From the NCBI GenBank assembly GCA_964035575.1, contig OZ037837.1:1798001-1862000 (forward strand): a stretch of DNA of 64,000 bases, in the 5' to 3' direction. The DNA comes from Rhynchopus sp. YZ270_cl-10. Its lineage: Eukaryota. Positions 59,511-64,000 of the stretch are shown here, piece after piece (the stretch's first letter is position 1; each line of letters opens with the position of its first letter). Made by a program: the position numbers and the translations under genes. A model generated the notes under the pieces. It was not told the DNA's origin and did not search any database. It saw only the letters and a program-made list of their open reading frames with translations.

Positions 59511-61704
59511 ATGCAATGTCTCAATGCAGTGCTGTCGATGGACGGGACACTCAGCAGCAAGGCCAGAGAGAGGCGCACCAGGTTTTTTATATTTGCCAAT
59601 GCTGGTTTGTTAGCTCTTTTGGTGACCTTTGCAATTTCGTTTTCGATGCAGGTGAAGACTCCAATCTATCTGGCTGCGACTGTGTTCTGCCTTATTGGAT
59701 TTAGCATTGCTGTTTGTGCAGTGCTGTGCAGGTTTCGGCTGAACACACATCTGGTGGTAGGTGCACTGTACTTGGTATCGGCTGGCTTTCTGCTCTATGA
59801 CTTTACAGCCCATACAATGTCGACATCACAATGGCCGTTGCTTGTGCTCGTAATCGACATGTTGCTTGTGATGCAGGTGCCTGCACGGTACAGCTTGGGA
59901 CTCGTCTGTTTCATAGTCATATGGCTTATCCTGCTTGGTGTTGAGGAGAGCTTCAGGTTTGGTTTGTTTGACCTGCCAGGGCTGCCAGCACAGGAGGGTG
60001 AGTACGGGCGGCAGTATTTTCATGACATGCGTTACGACTGTGCCACTCTGCCGTGTCCAGTGAAGTTTCCTTCTTCATCCCTGTTGGGATCGCTGACGGT
60101 CTTTGTCATTGACTTCATCGTGACTCGAGGCTTCGCACACGAAGTGCTGAAGGAGCAGGCATCAATGGAGCGGACGATCAACACTGTGCAGGAGATTGCC
60201 TCACTCCTGGCTTCCTACGACGTGGAGAAGGTGGCAGAGCTGCTGGAGGCACACAGAGACGAGCTGCCTGAGGGGATGAGTGCGGCACTGCGTGCGTTGG
60301 AGAAGAACCTGCGGAAGTACCGTCCGTACCTGCCTGCTGCGCTGTTTGAGGTGGATGAGGACGGTGTGCAGCAGCCGACTGTGGCACCGCCTGGGCTTGA
60401 CAGCGAGACAGCAACGATTGTGTTCACAGACATCCGTGCGTCAACGTCGATCTGGGAGAACGCACCTGAGGGGATGCGTGCTGGACTGCAGATCCACAAT
60501 GCTGTGATGCGTGATGTGATGCGGATGTGTGGTGGGTACGAGGTGAAGACCATTGGCGACGCATTCATGATTGCCTTTGCATCCACTTACGACGGTGTGG
60601 CGTTTGGGTTGCGTGTGCAGGAACGTCTTTTCGAAGCAGACTGGCCTGCGTCTCTGCTTGAGGATGCACCCATCTGTTCTCGTCAGGGGTCGCTGTGGGG
60701 TGGTCTGACTGTGCGTATTGGTGTGAACACTGGCCCTGTGACTGTGGAGCAGAACACACTGACGGGACGGACAGACTACTTCGGACACACATCACGCCTT
60801 GAGAGCACATGCACACCTGGTGCTGTGGCTGTTCCCTCTGACCTGTGGACGTCTGTCTCTGGGTCGTGCAGTGCTGTTGCTGGTGTGCCAGAGGCAGTTC
60901 ACTTGAAGGGTGTGTCTGGGAGCACGTTGGTGTGCTGTGTGTGGCCTGTCTCACTTGGGGGACGCAGGGAAACACCACTTTGCGAGTCTTCTCCACCGCC
61001 TGCGAATCTGACAATGAGTCTTTCCACATCCGCGCCGTCTGTTTCACACACAACCTCTGTGAGGACCAGAGGACGAATGGAAACCACACCTTGCGAGTCT
61101 TCACTTTGCGAGTCTTCTTCGCAAAGTGCCAAACCGCATACGAGTCTTTCCATATGTGCGTCGTCTGTTTCAACCAGAAGCAACCTTGCAGTCTCCACAC
61201 GTCAGACCTCCGGCACACTGGGAGTTGCACAGCTTCCAGTTGGTGACATGGGAAAAAACATAGTCTTTCACCAGATGAGCTCACGACTCACGACACTGAC
61301 GACGGCACTGGAGCAGAGTGGAGGGAGTCTGGTGACGCTGCTTGGGAACTGTGTGTGTGTTGGGTGGAACGTGTCGCGTTCTGCATCTGCACACATGGAG
61401 AACGCGATACGGTTTGCGCATGTCTGTGAAGTCTACACTGAACGGGGCTGGTCTTGCAAGCGGTCCTGTGCAGCACGGGGATGTTGGTGCACGGAGCCAG
61501 CGCTTTGTGACTGTGATGGGGGATGTTGTGCGTCGGAGTTGGGCGCTGTGCGAGGAGGCTGTGCGTGACGGGGTTGTGTGTCTGTACGAGCCTCCTGAAG
61601 GGACAACACTGCCATCTGCACTTGAAGACGTTCTTGTGCAACACAAGGGTTGTTACCGGGTGCTTGAGGTACAGGACAACAGGGAACGCGACAATGTGTT
61701 TTAG
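59511..61704 (+). pseudogene. Membrane-anchored class III adenylate/guanylate cyclase with a degenerate second cyclase domain; probably pseudogenised
   Basis: N-terminal TM helices; TIVFTDIRAST..W, GGYEVKTIGDAFM and VRIGVN.G. DYFGHT-SRLES lacks the VNxA residues; a frameshift near 61420 leads into ORF 61342-61704 (GLASGPVQHGDVG..RFVTVMG). Confidence 0.82.
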
Positions 61705-62319
61705 TTGTTCTCTTTCAACTGTTGCTTCTGTACGGTTGCAAGCTCTCACATGGCGCAAAGTGAGTGAGTTTTTGACAACGTTTTCTTCACACGCTTTAGT
61801 TGCTCACCAGACGTTCTTTACAGGACGGACGGTCCTTCTCAGGTGTGAGGGGAACGTACAGGGTGTGGCTTTTACGGAGCTTCTTCGGGATGGCGTTAAG
61901 ACAAAATATTTAGCTCAGAATATTGTACTCGGATCCGAATATAGGGCGTATGTGTCAGAAAAAGAGAATATAGAGTAGCTAGCACTAAAGTGTCTCCGGT
62001 CTGTGAAGTTTTAAAACAAAAGCAAAAGTGGAGTGCATCCTCGGGTGTCTACACTAATACACTAATAAAACTACGTTTTTAAAACATGACAGGTGTCCCC
62101 TCAAGTGGACAGAGTGTTCGCACTTCAACTTTTATTTTAATGGAAATTGGAAAAGTGTTGAACAACAATCATTGAACAATGAAAACAAAAGTAATTTTTT
62201 CACGATGCAGGTGTGCATTATGCCACCACTCTCTTCACCTTTGCTTTTTTGTATTTTCTCGTGATTTTTTTGTTAAGTAAGAGAAAACCGAATGGAGTGG
62301 GAACGCTAGTGAGAGCGCA

Positions 62320-62650
62320 GCGGAAACGATAGTGGGAACGCAACGAGCTTTTTTCATAATGTTTTATTCTTCCCCACAAAATATCACGCGCAGAGAAACA
62401 CTCGTTTTTCACACAGCGCGTCCGTTTGTTTGTTTTTCTCAAACGACACCTTTTTTCAAAAATTTTCCCCCGGTATCACATATGATACTGATTTCCATGG
62501 ATACACATGAAAAGGAGTTCCGTGCTATTCACAGAACTCGATAGGCGATTGAGCTTATCTAACAACAACCAAAACAAAAGAAAGTACAAAGAAGAGAATA
62601 AAAAATGCAGGAAAAATAGACAAAGAGAAAAACAAAGAGATTTTGACAAA
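62320..62650 (+). repeat. Second copy of repeat K
   Basis: Collinear with 37386-37704. Confidence 0.85.
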
Positions 62651-63454
62651 GTGAACAATAAAATTCCTTTGTCAGTGATTCCTTGTTTTCAAAATAAAAA
62701 TGTGTGACTGAGTGTGGGGATGCGTTCAAGAATTAAACTCTTCCCCCAAACCCCTTTTCGTCTTTAGTTTTTATGATTACATGCAATGCTAAAAGGAAAT
62801 TGAACACCGTACCCTACTCCCATCCTTTTTCCATTTTTCTAATCCGGGGCGGTTGGAGTAGAGCCACATTTCACCGACAGGTCGAGGTGTGTGCGTTTCA
62901 CCACAACCTCTCCTTTTGTCTTTATTGTCTTTATTGCTTTATTGTTAGTGGGGGTGGGGGAAAAACATAAAAAGGAAAAGTAGGGTGCGGTTTCAATTTC
63001 TTTATCCAAACGTCGAGTGAATGCGTAATAATTTTTGAGGTACCCTGTCACGAGTGGGCTTTGTATATTTCGAAGTGTCTCAACTGTGTCAAAACTTTTC
63101 ACAAAAACCCCTTTTCAAAAAAGCTGTCCGCTTTTGCCAGTTGTGTATGCACGTTTAGGAAGGCAACTTCCTCTTTAGCCCACCGACTCCATTTTTTAGG
63201 AATAGAATGGTGTGATTCAAGGGGTACGGGGAACCCACGGGAGAACCACGGAGGAACCTCGGAGAACTGCTAGGGGGTATACTTTTTTTTTGTTGTTCTC
63301 GGTTTCTGTCACAAGGAGAAAACGACCACAAATTTGACTGAGAGAGGTCACCACGGGTTTGTATTGGTTGAAATCTGAAACGTGCCAAAAATGGCATTTT
63401 CGCGCGAAAATAACGGAAAAAATCCCTTGAAAAAAAATAAACCGCCCGTATATA

Positions 63455-63868
63455 GTGTATACTGTGTATACTGTGTATACTGTGTATACTGTGTATACTG
63501 TGTATACTGTGTATACTGTGTATACTGTGTATACTGTGTATACTGTGTATACTGTGTATACTGTGTATACTGTGTATACTGTGTATACTGTGTATACTGT
63601 GTATACTGTGTATACTGTGTATACTGTGTATACTGTGTATACTGTGTATACTGTGTATACTGTGTATACTGTGTATACTGTGTATACTGTGTATACTGTG
63701 TATACTGTGTATACTGTGTATACTGTGTATACTGTGTATACTGTGTATACTGTGTATACTGTGTATACTGTGTATACTGTGTATACTGTGTATACTGTGT
63801 ATACTGTGTATACTGTGTATACTGTGTATACTGTGTATACTGTGTATACTGTGTATACTGTGTATACT
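63455..63868. repeat. Perfect minisatellite (GTGTATACT)x46
   Basis: 414 bp of exact 9-mer units; source of the IHS/YTV/TQY/VYC spurious ORFs. Confidence 0.97.
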
Positions 63869-64000
63869 GTGTGCAATACGCAACTGTATATCCCATGGCC
63901 GCCTCCAGTGTTTGTGGCACCTGCGTGCGGTGGTGGTGCATCACATTCCCTTTCCTCCGGGTCGCGGTGTCTGACTGCACAGCCAAGTAGTGCCCCACGT

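Noticed and set aside
63155..63998. IHS/YTV/TQY/VYC repeat ORFs
   Set aside because: Translations of the GTGTATACT satellite.

Overview
Eukaryotic nuclear DNA, most likely a diplonemid or other euglenozoan. This is inferred from a trypanosome/diplonemid-type receptor adenylate cyclase, BspA-like LRRs, an LSU rRNA fragment that looks euglenozoan, and all six genes lying on the + strand. The six genes are: a 5'-partial multipass membrane protein (to 1219); a sterol desaturase/fatty-acid hydroxylase (35952-36812); a frameshifted B-box/coiled-coil/LRR gene (49465-51384); a two-exon GH89 alpha-N-acetylglucosaminidase (51899-54384); a FYVE-like/F-box protein (55441-57714); and a damaged membrane adenylate cyclase (59511-61704). 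The gene-free stretches (1.2-35.9 kb and 36.8-49.4 kb) are packed with nested non-autonomous DNA transposons whose TIRs and TSDs can be read directly: CA-ended hAT-like elements with 8-, 6- or 9-bp TSDs, piggyBac-like, Tc1/mariner-like, a foldback/Mutator element with 618-bp TIRs, and a Helentron-like 155-bp element in three identical copies. No transposase ORF is visible. The most unusual signal is dozens of short diverged hairpins in several families. Nearly all are co-oriented with the genes. The four AG-type families (A, B, D, E) are closed by 5'-AG/CT-3', show G-T wobbles on the + strand, show stem covariation around a conserved ACGAGA loop (A/E), and often overlap splice-site-like signals. 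A MITE that captured a peptidyl-transferase-centre rRNA fragment sits directly upstream of the desaturase. All repeat searches were done by eye, so copy counts are minimums.
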